Positions 16,467 through 26,479 are shown, counted from the stretch's first letter. The stretch is 44,900 nt of DNA from an uncultured Alicyclobacillaceae bacterium (GCA_964645595.1 CAZYAH010000001.1:1-44900), one strand, 5' to 3'. Notes: generated by a model not told the origin, from the sequence alone. Numbers and translations: made by a program.

Positions 16467-16768
16467 AGCTACTGCGCCATCCGGACGACTGGGCACGCGG
16501 GGCCATCAATCTGTCAGCCGATGAACTCGGGGACGGCCTCCTGTTCGTGATGGATAAGACCGCGCCATGGCCGGTGCATATGGAGGGCGTCCTGTTGCCG
16601 TTGGACGTATTTTGGTTGAGCGAGTCAGGCATGGTGCTGGAGCATGCCGAGCTGTTTGCGGGGTTGCCCGCGTACTGGCCGGAGTGCCAGGCGAAATACG
16701 TGCTGGAGCTGCCCATGCAGGAGGCTCCCGCGTACAAGGTCGGCGACTTTGTGGAGGTGCCCGCGTGA
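16463..16768 (+). CDS. DUF192-like protein
   Basis: ARG...DGLLFV....HMEGVLLPLDVFWL...AKYVLELP...KVGD. Confidence 0.75.
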   Translation: MKLLRHPDDWARGAINLSADELGDGLLFVMDKTAPWPVHMEGVLLPLDVFWLSESGMVLEHAELFAGLPAYWPECQAKYVLELPMQEAPAYKVGDFVEVPA

Positions 16769-17436
16769 CCCGCGCACAGATCAGAGACCGCATCTTGCAG
16801 GCCTCGAACGAATCCACGAGCGCGCCGGTTTTTTGGACGACCGCGCAAGTGGACGCGGTGATTGACGAAGCCTCGGAAATCCTCGCGGAAGAAGCGAAGG
16901 CGATTCGGCGTTCGGCGTTCGTGGCGCGACAGGCTGGGGCTACCTACTATTCAACCCGAGCCGTGGCCGCTGATGTGATGGCGATTACGCGCATTTGGAT
17001 GCCCGATGAGAACAAGCGCCTCACAGCGGTGTCGATCCAAGAACTCGATGGGCAAAACGAAACCTGGCCACTTGCCACCGGAGATCCAGAATACTGGTTC
17101 CCGGTGTCGTGGGATTGCTTCGGCGTCTACCCGCACCCAGCCACCGGCGGCGGCCTCTTGCGCGTGGACTATGTGGCGTGGCCGCGCGCCTTGCTGGATG
17201 ACGACGACGAGCCGGAGTTTCGGGAAGCCGATCACGATAGCCTCGTCATGTACGGGCTTTATGATGGCTTGTTAAAACACTGGGACGTGCCACGCGCCGT
17301 AGAAATGTTTACTCGCTTCATGGAGCAGTGGCAGACGGGCAAGGCCAGAAACGGCGTCCGTGAGCAGCAATCTCGCACCTATCAGCGGCCCACGGCGCCT
17401 GGCCAACCCTTTCAGAGTGGAGTGACACGAGGATGA
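16765..17436 (+). CDS. Head-tail adaptor (tail tubular A-like), paralogue 1
   Basis: TRAQIRDRI...FW..AQVDAVIDEA, GDPEYW, GVYPHP, HDSLVMY adaptor pattern. Confidence 0.75.
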   Translation: MTRAQIRDRILQASNESTSAPVFWTTAQVDAVIDEASEILAEEAKAIRRSAFVARQAGATYYSTRAVAADVMAITRIWMPDENKRLTAVSIQELDGQNETWPLATGDPEYWFPVSWDCFGVYPHPATGGGLLRVDYVAWPRALLDDDDEPEFREADHDSLVMYGLYDGLLKHWDVPRAVEMFTRFMEQWQTGKARNGVREQQSRTYQRPTAPGQPFQSGVTRG

Positions 17437-18041
17437 CTGAAGTAATTCGGTACAGCCGACTCGGCGAAGAGGACTGCCGCTTTGGCAAAGGGACGTTTGA
17501 AGTCCGCTTGGCGGATGGGCGTGTCGTCACCATGAGTGAGATCGACGTGGGTGCCATCCTCACCGATTCGGAGTTAAGCACGCAGGCCGTCACACTGAGT
17601 ACTCTCGTGCTGAGCGGCGGGCAACTGGCCTTCCCTGCTGCACAGAACGCCTCGACCAATGCCAATACGCTGGACGATTATGAAGAAGGGACGTGGACTC
17701 CTAACGTTGGCGGGACGGCCACCTATACGACCCAGGCAGGCACGTATACCAAAATCGGGCGCGTGATCTTCTTCAATGGCCAGCTCATCATCAACGTCAT
17801 TGGGACCGGCTCCACCTCGACGATTGAGGGCCTGCCATTTACCGCCGCCGCGAGAGCCGCCCTTACTGTCGCAGATACCGCAGACCTCGCCATCCCTGTG
17901 GTATCCATCGCCGCGTGGATCAGTACGAGTACGGCCACGATCTTTTTGGGAGCCCGTACCGCCGCTTCGATCTTTGAAAATACCACACTCGTGTTAGGGA
18001 GTGGCACGTCAATCACCGTTTCAGGGTTCTATGTGGTCTAG
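17433..18041 (+). CDS. Short tail-fibre / spike-like protein
   Basis: NANTLDDYEEGTWTP...YTKIGR...GLPF C-terminal domain, common in phage tail fibres. Confidence 0.75.
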   Translation: MTEVIRYSRLGEEDCRFGKGTFEVRLADGRVVTMSEIDVGAILTDSELSTQAVTLSTLVLSGGQLAFPAAQNASTNANTLDDYEEGTWTPNVGGTATYTTQAGTYTKIGRVIFFNGQLIINVIGTGSTSTIEGLPFTAAARAALTVADTADLAIPVVSIAAWISTSTATIFLGARTAASIFENTTLVLGSGTSITVSGFYVV

Positions 18042-18043
18042 CC

Positions 18044-19387
18044 ATGACGACCGTTGCTACAGATATCACAACCCTGCAGACGAAGCTGCACGACGACGCG
18101 GCCATCTGGAGCCGTACCGAACTGCTGCGCCTCTACAATGACGGCTATAGGACACTGCTGGCGAAATCCAGCGCCTTCAGCCGGTTACTCCCGCTCGATG
18201 TGCCAGGTCGCCATACCTACGCCGTAGCCTATCCGTGGGAGACGCGCCATACGAGCGGGGGCACCTGGTGGTTTCCCTTGCTCGCGTGCTACGGCGGCAC
18301 CCGCCAGGCGACGGCACAATGGGAGGCGGAACACTTAGATGGGGTCACACCATCGGTGGCGCTGACGGGGATCACGATGCAATGGGAGCGGGCGCATACC
18401 GACGAAACGGATCGGCACTTTTCATTCGGTCTCCCCGCTGACCATGAACGGGTGCGGCGGTTGGAATGGACGAATAAGGTGCTCCTGCCTGTGGCGGTGC
18501 GGGAGTTTGACGAAGTGGACGACGCCTGGATGCGCCGGGTGGGCGAGCCCTCTTGGTGGACGATTGGGGTCGGCGCGATCCGCAGTGTCGAAGTCTACGA
18601 AATCACCACGGCCTACACGCAAGGCTATCAGTTGATTGACGCGCATCTTGGGATACCGCGTGAGATCACTGGGGATCGCACCTATAGCGTGGAGGTGGAT
18701 TCCACGAACGCCCGCAACGCCTATGCGTATGCCAATCAAGGGGAGCAGCAGGCGCTGGTGGACGTTACTACAGCCTGGATCGCTGGCATGGGCTATCGCT
18801 TCACCGACGAACCGACCAATAAGGCCTTGGGCTTTGCGGTGTTTCCGTGGGAGCTGGAACACCTGAACGGGACCACGAACACCACCCAGACCACAGGCGG
18901 GATCTTCGGGATGTTTCCATGGGAAATGGCCTTCGGGATTGAGACGATTGCCTTTGGACTCGGTTCAGTACGCGGCCTCTCCAGCACCGACCGTCAGTAC
19001 ATGCCGATGATGACGGACGCGGCCCCCATGGCGTTGGTCGGTGGGATTCGTGACTGGCGCTCCTCTGAGGATAACCTCATGGCTTTAGAAGTGGTCGTGC
19101 CCACGATTGATATGGGCGAGACGGATGCCCCGGTGTTGATTCCTGAACAGTTGCAAAAGTATCTGCGCTTCTATGTGTGGTCTCGCGCCTTTGGCCGCGA
19201 AGGCGAAGGGCAGCGGCCTGACTTGGCGCAGCACTACGATCAGCGATTCCAGCGCGGCGTGACGCTCTTGAAACGCTTTGCCGATAGTGCCCAGGCCGAT
19301 CGGACATTCAGACGCCAGGAAGCCAGTGTGAAGCGTGGTCGTCCGCCGTTGGTGCGGTTGCCGAGTCAATTTGAGAGAATTTTCTGA
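18044..19387 (+). CDS. Head-tail adaptor-like protein, paralogue 2 with insertions
   Basis: IWSRTELLRLYNDG, VAVREFD...W...GEPSWW and IPEQLQKYLRFY segments align with 16765-17436. Confidence 0.65.
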   Translation: MTTVATDITTLQTKLHDDAAIWSRTELLRLYNDGYRTLLAKSSAFSRLLPLDVPGRHTYAVAYPWETRHTSGGTWWFPLLACYGGTRQATAQWEAEHLDGVTPSVALTGITMQWERAHTDETDRHFSFGLPADHERVRRLEWTNKVLLPVAVREFDEVDDAWMRRVGEPSWWTIGVGAIRSVEVYEITTAYTQGYQLIDAHLGIPREITGDRTYSVEVDSTNARNAYAYANQGEQQALVDVTTAWIAGMGYRFTDEPTNKALGFAVFPWELEHLNGTTNTTQTTGGIFGMFPWEMAFGIETIAFGLGSVRGLSSTDRQYMPMMTDAAPMALVGGIRDWRSSEDNLMALEVVVPTIDMGETDAPVLIPEQLQKYLRFYVWSRAFGREGEGQRPDLAQHYDQRFQRGVTLLKRFADSAQADRTFRRQEASVKRGRPPLVRLPSQFERIF

Positions 19388-19396
19388 GGTGATGTA

Positions 19397-19657
19397 ATGG
19401 CGAAGAAAAAAGTTGCGGAAGAGAGCGAGGATCCAGTGGTCATTAACATCGACCCCTGTTGGCATCGGTATCCTGACAAGGCGCTGAGTTTCTGCACCGT
19501 GACGATTGACATTGGTGGATCAGGCTGGGCTGCGAATGCAGAGTTTACAGAAAAAGAGGAGCGCGAGACGAAGGATCTTGCTGCACTGAAGCGGGATAGA
19601 TTGCACAAAGCCTTTCTGTCTATCCAAATCAACGCGATGGATTTTTTCAATGGCTAA
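19397..19657 (+). CDS. Hypothetical protein
   Basis: GAGGTG RBS; overlaps the next gene. Confidence 0.55.
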   Translation: MAKKKVAEESEDPVVINIDPCWHRYPDKALSFCTVTIDIGGSGWAANAEFTEKEERETKDLAALKRDRLHKAFLSIQINAMDFFNG

Positions 19658-21611
19658 CGCCCTCTTGCAAAAGCAACCCAGTGGCAGATTCCTCGGCGTA
19701 AACTTGCGTCAAGATCGCGTCTCGCTCGCTGACGAGGAATTGGCGAAGGCGATTAACGCTGATTTGCACAGCCAGCCAGGCACCATTGTCCTACGCTTAG
19801 GCCGCACGGCACAGAATACCAGTGCCTTGACGGATCTCATCATTCGACGCATCGCCAAAATCAACACGCATCGCTATCGCGTGTCCGGGCAAAGCCTCTA
19901 CTGTGGCGAAACGAGGGTGCTGAACGGGTTGCTCTCAGCCAACTTGATTACGACCATGCTCCCATTCCGCCCGTTTGCCGATACGACCATCTGGAACTTC
20001 GTGGCGGACGATTCCATTATGCGTAAGGTGAACTGCACCACGGTAGGTACCTGGGGCATCCCTGCCCCGTCGCAGCCTACCATCGCGATGGGGATGGCAG
20101 GGAGCCTCACCGGGGACTATGTGGTGCAATACACCTTCGTCAGATTGGTGGCTGGGGCGGTCGCCGCTGAAGGGAATCCCTCGACCATTACGGCGTCGGT
20201 CACGCTTACCGCACAGTATTTGGGTATTGGCGACATGGCGCACCCTACGGACACCACGACGAACGCGCTGGGCATCTATCGCAGCGTGGCGAATACGACG
20301 CCGACCTTGCTGGTGACGCGCATTCTTCTTCCTGTCGGCGCCGGAGATGAAAATAAGGCGGTGACGCACAATTGGGAAGTCACGGCCATCCCGTCCACGA
20401 CCATCCTCTCCCTGCATTGGTCGGTGGCGAGCAGCACGTCCGGGCAGCGGAACTCGACGACCTGGGAGCCAACCGGAACGGGGAGCAACGAAGATATCAC
20501 TGGACGACGCGGGACCGCGCGCTGGGAGATTACGCTCGGGTATGTCACGACACAAACGCTTCTCTGGGCGTACGCTACGAGCCTCGCGGATGGGAGCCTG
20601 GGGGATTTAATTGAAGTGGATAACGGGCTGCCGCCCGTGGCCTCGTGGGTCACGAACTTTCAAGAGCATGCCTGGTTTGTGCGTGACGCAGCCAACCCAC
20701 ATTATGCCTGGTTCTCGAAACGCTTTAAGCCTGAGTCGGTGCCAGCGGACAATTACTTGGAATTGGGCAATGCGGACGATCCCCTGCAATGTGCGGCGAC
20801 GGTGGGGGGGCAGCTAGGGGTCTTTAGCCGCAAGACGAAGTATCGGGTGTTCGGCAATGCGACGAGCGGGTTCTCGTCTTTAGAGGCCGCCTCCCCGCGC
20901 GGCACGCGCTGCCCGATGGCCATGATTCCAAGCGAGTTTGGGCTGCTCTTCGTGGCGCTGGACGGCATATTTTCTACCGTGCTCTCCAGTCCTGATACAT
21001 GTTTTTCCGAGCGTATCCTGCCCCTGTTCTTTGGCGAAACGGTCAATGACATGCTCCCGCTCAATTGGGACCAAGCGACGACCTTTAGTGCGGCGACCTA
21101 TAAGGGTCGGTACTATTTGTCTTATGCCGAAACCGGCAGCAGCACCCCAAACCGCTTGGCCGTCTATAGCCGGGACACGCAGCACTGGTATCACTACGAC
21201 CACCCGCTCCGCAGCCTGTATGTGGAGGAGGATACCGACCTGGCGCTAGGTGGCGGATTGGATGGCTATGTGTACGTGCTGGAGAACGGCACGACGGATG
21301 GCGGCGCGAGTATTGCGCTCACGGTGGACACGAAAGACTTTCAGGGGGAGTCGAAGGACAGCCGCAAGCTGTTTCAGTATCTCAAGGTGGACATGAACAC
21401 GCTCGGGGCGACGGTGACGATCAAGCTCTACGTGGATGACACCCTACGCTACACGACCACCGTGAGTACCAGTGCCAGAGCGGAACGGCTGTTGCCGCTC
21501 TCGCAAGGGATCATGGGGCATCATTGGCGTGCGAACTTCACCTATACCGGCAGCACGCGCATTCGCATTTATCCCTGTGCGGCGTTGTACTTGCCGCTCG
21601 GGGCCGCCTAA
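19650..21611 (+). CDS. Tail nozzle / tubular protein B-like
   Basis: FLGVN...AINAD N-terminus, beta-propeller segments (AWFS...PES, LFVALDGIF) and a KLFQYLKV C-terminal domain. Confidence 0.75.
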   Translation: MANALLQKQPSGRFLGVNLRQDRVSLADEELAKAINADLHSQPGTIVLRLGRTAQNTSALTDLIIRRIAKINTHRYRVSGQSLYCGETRVLNGLLSANLITTMLPFRPFADTTIWNFVADDSIMRKVNCTTVGTWGIPAPSQPTIAMGMAGSLTGDYVVQYTFVRLVAGAVAAEGNPSTITASVTLTAQYLGIGDMAHPTDTTTNALGIYRSVANTTPTLLVTRILLPVGAGDENKAVTHNWEVTAIPSTTILSLHWSVASSTSGQRNSTTWEPTGTGSNEDITGRRGTARWEITLGYVTTQTLLWAYATSLADGSLGDLIEVDNGLPPVASWVTNFQEHAWFVRDAANPHYAWFSKRFKPESVPADNYLELGNADDPLQCAATVGGQLGVFSRKTKYRVFGNATSGFSSLEAASPRGTRCPMAMIPSEFGLLFVALDGIFSTVLSSPDTCFSERILPLFFGETVNDMLPLNWDQATTFSAATYKGRYYLSYAETGSSTPNRLAVYSRDTQHWYHYDHPLRSLYVEEDTDLALGGGLDGYVYVLENGTTDGGASIALTVDTKDFQGESKDSRKLFQYLKVDMNTLGATVTIKLYVDDTLRYTTTVSTSARAERLLPLSQGIMGHHWRANFTYTGSTRIRIYPCAALYLPLGAA

Positions 21612-21805
21612 TGGCGATTCGGCAAAGCAAGCAGACGTTCAGCATCACAAAACTGGACCTCGTGGAAATCAATGATGCGATGCAGCGAATTCAAGACGAA
21701 CTGGACCGATTAGCCGGCCTCCGTGGGCCGGTGCTGATCTACGATTCGGAGCAGTATGTTGACGATGCCGGAAACATCATCCACGCCTGGGGCGTTAAGC
21801 CCTGA
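21611..21805 (+). CDS. Small tail-associated protein
   Basis: Coupled to the nozzle gene; INDAMQRIQDEL helix. Confidence 0.55.
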   Translation: MAIRQSKQTFSITKLDLVEINDAMQRIQDELDRLAGLRGPVLIYDSEQYVDDAGNIIHAWGVKP

Positions 21806-22349
21806 TGCCTTGACGGGCACCGCCGTCCGCCTCTGGCATTATGTGCCGGGGGTCTATGGGCGTGATGCGCTCTACCGTGTGTGGAAAGCCATGGAGGACG
21901 ACGGGGCCACGAAACACGCCTTTTGGGATGACGCCTATCTGCCAACAGGGGGGGATTGCGCGAGCTTCATTTGTGCCTTTGAAGGGGCGACGAATAAAAT
22001 CCTGATGCTCGTGGAGCGCGTGGATACCGGCAAGCTCTGCGGGTGTCTGTGGGTGACGCAGGTCGTGCCAGGGCATCACGCGTTCCTGAGTCAGTGGATG
22101 CAGCAGGAGGCGCGGGGGCCGTTGGCGCTCGAAGCCGCGCAGATGGTGATCCGTGGGCTCTTTGAGATCGTGCATCTGCGCCAGATCTGGGCCATGACGC
22201 CATGGGTGGCTGCGGGGGCGCTCTGTCGGCGGTGTGGGTTTGAACGGGTGGCAGTACTCCCGGACCATTGCCTGTGGGAGTCCGGGACCAAAGATGTCTC
22301 GCTGTATCGGCTCACACGGCCACGCTGGGAGGCGACATGTCTGCAGTAG
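21756..22349 (+). CDS. GNAT-fold acetyltransferase-like protein
   Basis: GKLCGCLW, QIWAMTP...CRRCGFERVAVLP. Typical position between tail and ejection genes. Start uncertain. Confidence 0.7.
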   Translation: MLTMPETSSTPGALSPDALTGTAVRLWHYVPGVYGRDALYRVWKAMEDDGATKHAFWDDAYLPTGGDCASFICAFEGATNKILMLVERVDTGKLCGCLWVTQVVPGHHAFLSQWMQQEARGPLALEAAQMVIRGLFEIVHLRQIWAMTPWVAAGALCRRCGFERVAVLPDHCLWESGTKDVSLYRLTRPRWEATCLQ

Positions 22350-22828
22350 CGCAGTCCGTCATTCCGCGCAATCCAGTGAAACGACGGGCGATTGTTCGGC
22401 TGGAATCGACGTTGCGTGAGCTGAAGGCGCTCCATGACTTGCCTGATCCAGACTGTCCGCTCGAGCATGTCTTTGCCCCTGGGGCTTATGCACGGACCAT
22501 TCGCATTCCGGCCGATACGCTGATTGTGGGCAAGATCCATAAGCACGCGCACCTGAACATGCTTATGCAAGGGGACGTGTCGGTAGCGACGGAAGAGGGG
22601 CCGATCCGCATGCAAGCCCCGCGCGTGATGTGCTCCAAGGCGGGGACCAAGCGCGTGGTCTATGCCCATACGGACGTGATTTGGACGACCGTGCATCTAA
22701 CGGACAGCACGGATTTAGACGAGATTGAGGAGCAGATTATTGCCAAGACCTATGAGGAGTTTGACGTGCTGCAGGACGCGGATGTCGTGCAATTGTTGCC
22801 GCTGCTGTGGCGGGAGGGGGACGTATGA
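22337..22828 (+). CDS. Cupin-like phage protein
   Basis: HVFAPGAYAR...GKIHKHAHLN...GTKR..YAH.D..WTTVH. Confidence 0.75.
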   Translation: MSAVAQSVIPRNPVKRRAIVRLESTLRELKALHDLPDPDCPLEHVFAPGAYARTIRIPADTLIVGKIHKHAHLNMLMQGDVSVATEEGPIRMQAPRVMCSKAGTKRVVYAHTDVIWTTVHLTDSTDLDEIEEQIIAKTYEEFDVLQDADVVQLLPLLWREGDV

Positions 22829-23568
22829 CCTGGGTGGCTGTGGGGGTTGGGGGAGTGAGTATGATTGGATCGGTGGCTGGCTCGGCGATGAATGGCGGGA
22901 AGAAAGGGTCCCGCCAAAGTCGTGGGTCCGAGCGGATCTCGCAGCAACAGGTGGATATTGCGAACCGGCAAGTGCGGCTAGGCGAGGAGCAGGCGGCGAT
23001 CACGGAACCTCTCAGAAGGAAAACGGCGAGTACGCTGGAGGGGTTCCTGCAATCCGGCCAAACGCCGTCATTTCTAGACCTCAATGCCACGGTCTCTCCA
23101 TTAGCCGCACTCGGGATGCCGGAAATCGCCTCGCAACAACAAGGGCAGCGTACGCAACTGATGGCACAGGGGAGCCGTGGTGGGCTCCTGCAACAGCAAC
23201 TCGCGCAAGCGGCACTGCAGGGCGGCGTCCAACGGTCTGGGTTGCAACAACAGGATCTCCTCAGACAGGAACAGCGCGATACGGACCGCTCAGGCATTCG
23301 CCGCACGCTCTTTGGCGCGGCGGGCGATGCCGGGACCGGCGGCCTGGCCTTGGCCTTTCAAGGGCTCAATAGCGGCATGGGGGGGATGGGGCAAGCCGCA
23401 CAGAATATGAATGTGTTAGGCGCGCAGCGGATTCAGGAGAATATGGCGTTTCAATCGGGCATGGGGCAGCTCGCCGGGCAGGCCGGGAACAGTTTGGCGA
23501 ATCGCTACATGCCGGCGTACGGCGAAGGCTCGCTAGGGGGCCAAAAGATGGGCGCGCAGAGGCGGTAA
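22825..23568 (+). CDS. DNA ejection (internal virion) protein, small
   Basis: MTWVAVGVGG hydrophobic N-terminus; G/Q/A-rich. Confidence 0.7.
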   Translation: MTWVAVGVGGVSMIGSVAGSAMNGGKKGSRQSRGSERISQQQVDIANRQVRLGEEQAAITEPLRRKTASTLEGFLQSGQTPSFLDLNATVSPLAALGMPEIASQQQGQRTQLMAQGSRGGLLQQQLAQAALQGGVQRSGLQQQDLLRQEQRDTDRSGIRRTLFGAAGDAGTGGLALAFQGLNSGMGGMGQAAQNMNVLGAQRIQENMAFQSGMGQLAGQAGNSLANRYMPAYGEGSLGGQKMGAQRR

Positions 23569-23583
23569 CACTAAAAGGAGCAG

Positions 23584-25023
23584 ATGATGGGTGGGAGTGG
23601 ATTTGTCGGCGGCTTAGTCCAAGGCATGGAGCAGGCGCAGGACCGCGACATGAAAATGGCGCACCTGAAGCTGCAGCAGGATTTCTCCAAGCACCAGCAA
23701 AAGCTGATGGAGACGGAAGATCAGATAAAAGGCCTGCAACTGCAATCTTTTCAGAAGCGCCTCAAAGCGGAAGCCATGCTGCCGAGTCTGCGGTCTGATC
23801 TGATGCGCCCTCGCAGACCATCCGTGGGCGGGCCGCGCGCGATGACGATGGGCATGGGTGAGATGGAGGTGCCGGAGTCCGAGCCTGAGATTGATCGGAT
23901 GAAACTCGTCTCATTTCTCACGGCGGCGGAGCAGGCGGGGCAAGATCCAGACCAACTCATGCAGTTGATGGAAGTGGAAGATCCGCGCATTGGGAAGATT
24001 CGACGCTCGATCAAAGGAGAGAAATTCATCAAATTGGGTGCGGACGAGACGCTGTATAACCCAGAGACTGGCGAGCCTGTCGCCTATGGCAAGCAGAAAC
24101 TCGATAAGCCGGTATCCATGGCCCCAGGAGGAACGCTGGTCAATCCTGCGACGGGCGAGGTCATGTATACCGCGCCGCCTGTTCCTGCGAAACCGGTGGA
24201 TTATGGGGATCGCTTGGAGTCGCTCGCCGCATCCTATAGCGCCAATACGTGGGGCACGCCGCTGACCTTTAGCGAACTGCTCAAGAAGGACCCGATTGAA
24301 GCCAAGAAATTGCGCGACGTGGCCATGGTGGAGGAACCCGCGACGATTGCGGCTGGCAAGCAGGCGGCCACCATCGAGGGGGACAAGGCTAAAACACTGA
24401 CGCCCACGGAAGCGAACACGATGGGGGTCCCCTACGGCACGACCAAGGGGCAGGCCGAAGGCGTGATGCCGATGACGGCGCAGCAACGGGCTACCATCGC
24501 CTCCTTCGACACGGCCCGCGTCATCATTGCGGACATTACGCAATACTCGGAAAAGGTCAATACGGCTTCCGCAGGGCTCCAGGGCCGTGCCCAGCAAGGC
24601 ATGAAACTGTGGGGGGCATGGACTCAAAGCAATCCTGATGCCGCCCTCCTACAAAGTAAAGCAGGGGAGCTGGCGACAATCGCACGCAGCATGGGCGAGA
24701 AGGGCGCATTGGCGGATAAAGATGTGGCGCGAGCGGCGGCCCTTATTCCGAGCGTGCTGGATACGCGAGAGATTGCCCAAAAGAAACTGATCGATATGGG
24801 CAAGATTATCGATCAAGGCGAGGTGAGTTTCCGCAAGTCCCTCGGCATTGATGCGCGGGCGCCTGGGGGATCGAAAGCCCCGCCCATCAAGACCCCTCCT
24901 CCTGATCCACTCGCGCACATTCAGGTCCCGCGCGGTCTGACACCGAAGCAAGAGGATGTGTATCGCAGGGCCTACGCTGACCAACATGGGAAGGTACAAA
25001 CGGAGATGCAAAAGAAGAAATGA
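23584..25023 (+). CDS. DNA ejection (internal virion) protein
   Basis: GFVGGLVQG start, two repeats of ...TL.NP.TGE, and a GEKGALADKD motif. Confidence 0.7.
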   Translation: MMGGSGFVGGLVQGMEQAQDRDMKMAHLKLQQDFSKHQQKLMETEDQIKGLQLQSFQKRLKAEAMLPSLRSDLMRPRRPSVGGPRAMTMGMGEMEVPESEPEIDRMKLVSFLTAAEQAGQDPDQLMQLMEVEDPRIGKIRRSIKGEKFIKLGADETLYNPETGEPVAYGKQKLDKPVSMAPGGTLVNPATGEVMYTAPPVPAKPVDYGDRLESLAASYSANTWGTPLTFSELLKKDPIEAKKLRDVAMVEEPATIAAGKQAATIEGDKAKTLTPTEANTMGVPYGTTKGQAEGVMPMTAQQRATIASFDTARVIIADITQYSEKVNTASAGLQGRAQQGMKLWGAWTQSNPDAALLQSKAGELATIARSMGEKGALADKDVARAAALIPSVLDTREIAQKKLIDMGKIIDQGEVSFRKSLGIDARAPGGSKAPPIKTPPPDPLAHIQVPRGLTPKQEDVYRRAYADQHGKVQTEMQKKK

Positions 25024-26459
25024 CCGATAAGGAACTCGCCATCTTGGCCAAGCAGCAGGCGACGAAAGACGCCTTATCCATGAAGGATATTGAGGACGAG
25101 GCGCAGACCGCTCTATCGCAAAGCCGAGAAGAATCATCTTTTAGTGACTTTACCGACACGGGCGTGGGAGCGACGGATGATGCCCTAGAGCCTATGGCTG
25201 CGCCAGCCGAGCCGAGCTTTATGTCCCAGTTCGTTAAGCCTGCTATCATGCCCACAGCGGGCGGCCTGGTAGGCTCTGCCATCGGGACACGCTTTGGCGG
25301 CATCCCTGGGGGCCTAGCAGGAGGGTCGTTGGGTAGTATGGCTGGGGAGGCGGGCAATCAAGCGTTCGGTATTACGGAGCCGTCCTGGAGGCAAATTGGC
25401 ATGGCTGGAGCCGTCCCATTGGCCGTAGGTGGGTTGGCGGCCGGCGCACGGGCCTTGGCCCCCTTTGCCACGTCAGGCCGTGCGGCACAGGTGTTGAACG
25501 CCTTGGCCCCAGAGGAAGCGGTGGGCAAGGTCGGCGCCATGATGCCCAAGGTTCCCGCCTCCTCACTGTTCAAGCAGGCGGCAGCGGCGCAAGTCTCGAT
25601 CCCGATGAACCGGACCATGCCCATGATCGACAACATGTTAAACGATCTCACGAGCGTCTCTACCGGTGTCCAGAAGGCGAATAGCCAGGTGATTGGCTAC
25701 CTCAAAGGGGTCAAGAATCTGTTGTTGACCAACCCTACCGGCCTGAGCCCCACCGCCTTGCAGCGGGAACTCGAAGGCGCGGGGAACGTGGTCAAGAGTG
25801 TGGGGGCCAGAGGGGGCACCGGCAGCGGGTCGATTAAACAAGTCTTTAAGTCGATGGTCAACGATTTGGACGATGCCGCCAAAATGGCGAATCCTGGACT
25901 GCCTGGGGCACAGACCTTACTGGCCGCGCGTGATGCCTTCAAGCGTGAATCGGTGGTCAAGGAAATCGGGGAGGCCATCACCGATGCCACAAAGAGCCTT
26001 AGAGGGCAAGGTGAGCTGGTGCAATTCAATGCGAATGCCGTGATGAAGTCGATTGCGAATAACCCGTTTTATGACAAAGCGTTCAGCGCCACAGAGAAAG
26101 GGGAAGTGGAATCACTCTTGAAACTCTTAAACAAGATCCCTGCCCTTCGACCTGGCGCTGGCGCTCAATTTGGCTCTGGCCGTCTCGCGACCATGGCCGC
26201 CAGTGCCACAGCCGGAGGCGGGGTCGGCTTTGCCGCTGGCGGCCCGATGGGTGGAGGTATCGGGACCGCTGTGGGTATGGCGATTCCGCCGATTGTGGAC
26301 TTTGGCAAGAACGTCGCCACGGCCCTGCAGATGTCCACGGGGCGAGCGTTGATGAAAGAACTCTTGACGCAGAGCAAGGGGATCGCCACCCCGCAAGTTG
26401 CGTCCATTATCGCTGCGTATGCGCGAGCGGTGGAAGCCAACCCGGAACTAGGGCAATGA
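25020..26459 (+). CDS. DNA ejection (internal virion) protein with Gly-rich membrane segments
   Basis: Glycine-zipper hydrophobic stretches near both ends; third gene of the ejection trio. Confidence 0.7.
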   Translation: MTDKELAILAKQQATKDALSMKDIEDEAQTALSQSREESSFSDFTDTGVGATDDALEPMAAPAEPSFMSQFVKPAIMPTAGGLVGSAIGTRFGGIPGGLAGGSLGSMAGEAGNQAFGITEPSWRQIGMAGAVPLAVGGLAAGARALAPFATSGRAAQVLNALAPEEAVGKVGAMMPKVPASSLFKQAAAAQVSIPMNRTMPMIDNMLNDLTSVSTGVQKANSQVIGYLKGVKNLLLTNPTGLSPTALQRELEGAGNVVKSVGARGGTGSGSIKQVFKSMVNDLDDAAKMANPGLPGAQTLLAARDAFKRESVVKEIGEAITDATKSLRGQGELVQFNANAVMKSIANNPFYDKAFSATEKGEVESLLKLLNKIPALRPGAGAQFGSGRLATMAASATAGGGVGFAAGGPMGGGIGTAVGMAIPPIVDFGKNVATALQMSTGRALMKELLTQSKGIATPQVASIIAAYARAVEANPELGQ

Positions 26460-26479
26460 CGACTGATTAACTAGAACTC

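Noticed and set aside
23584-26459. Tape-measure protein
   Set aside because: The proteins are under 500 aa and there are no major tail or tail chaperone genes. They fit podoviral ejection proteins.
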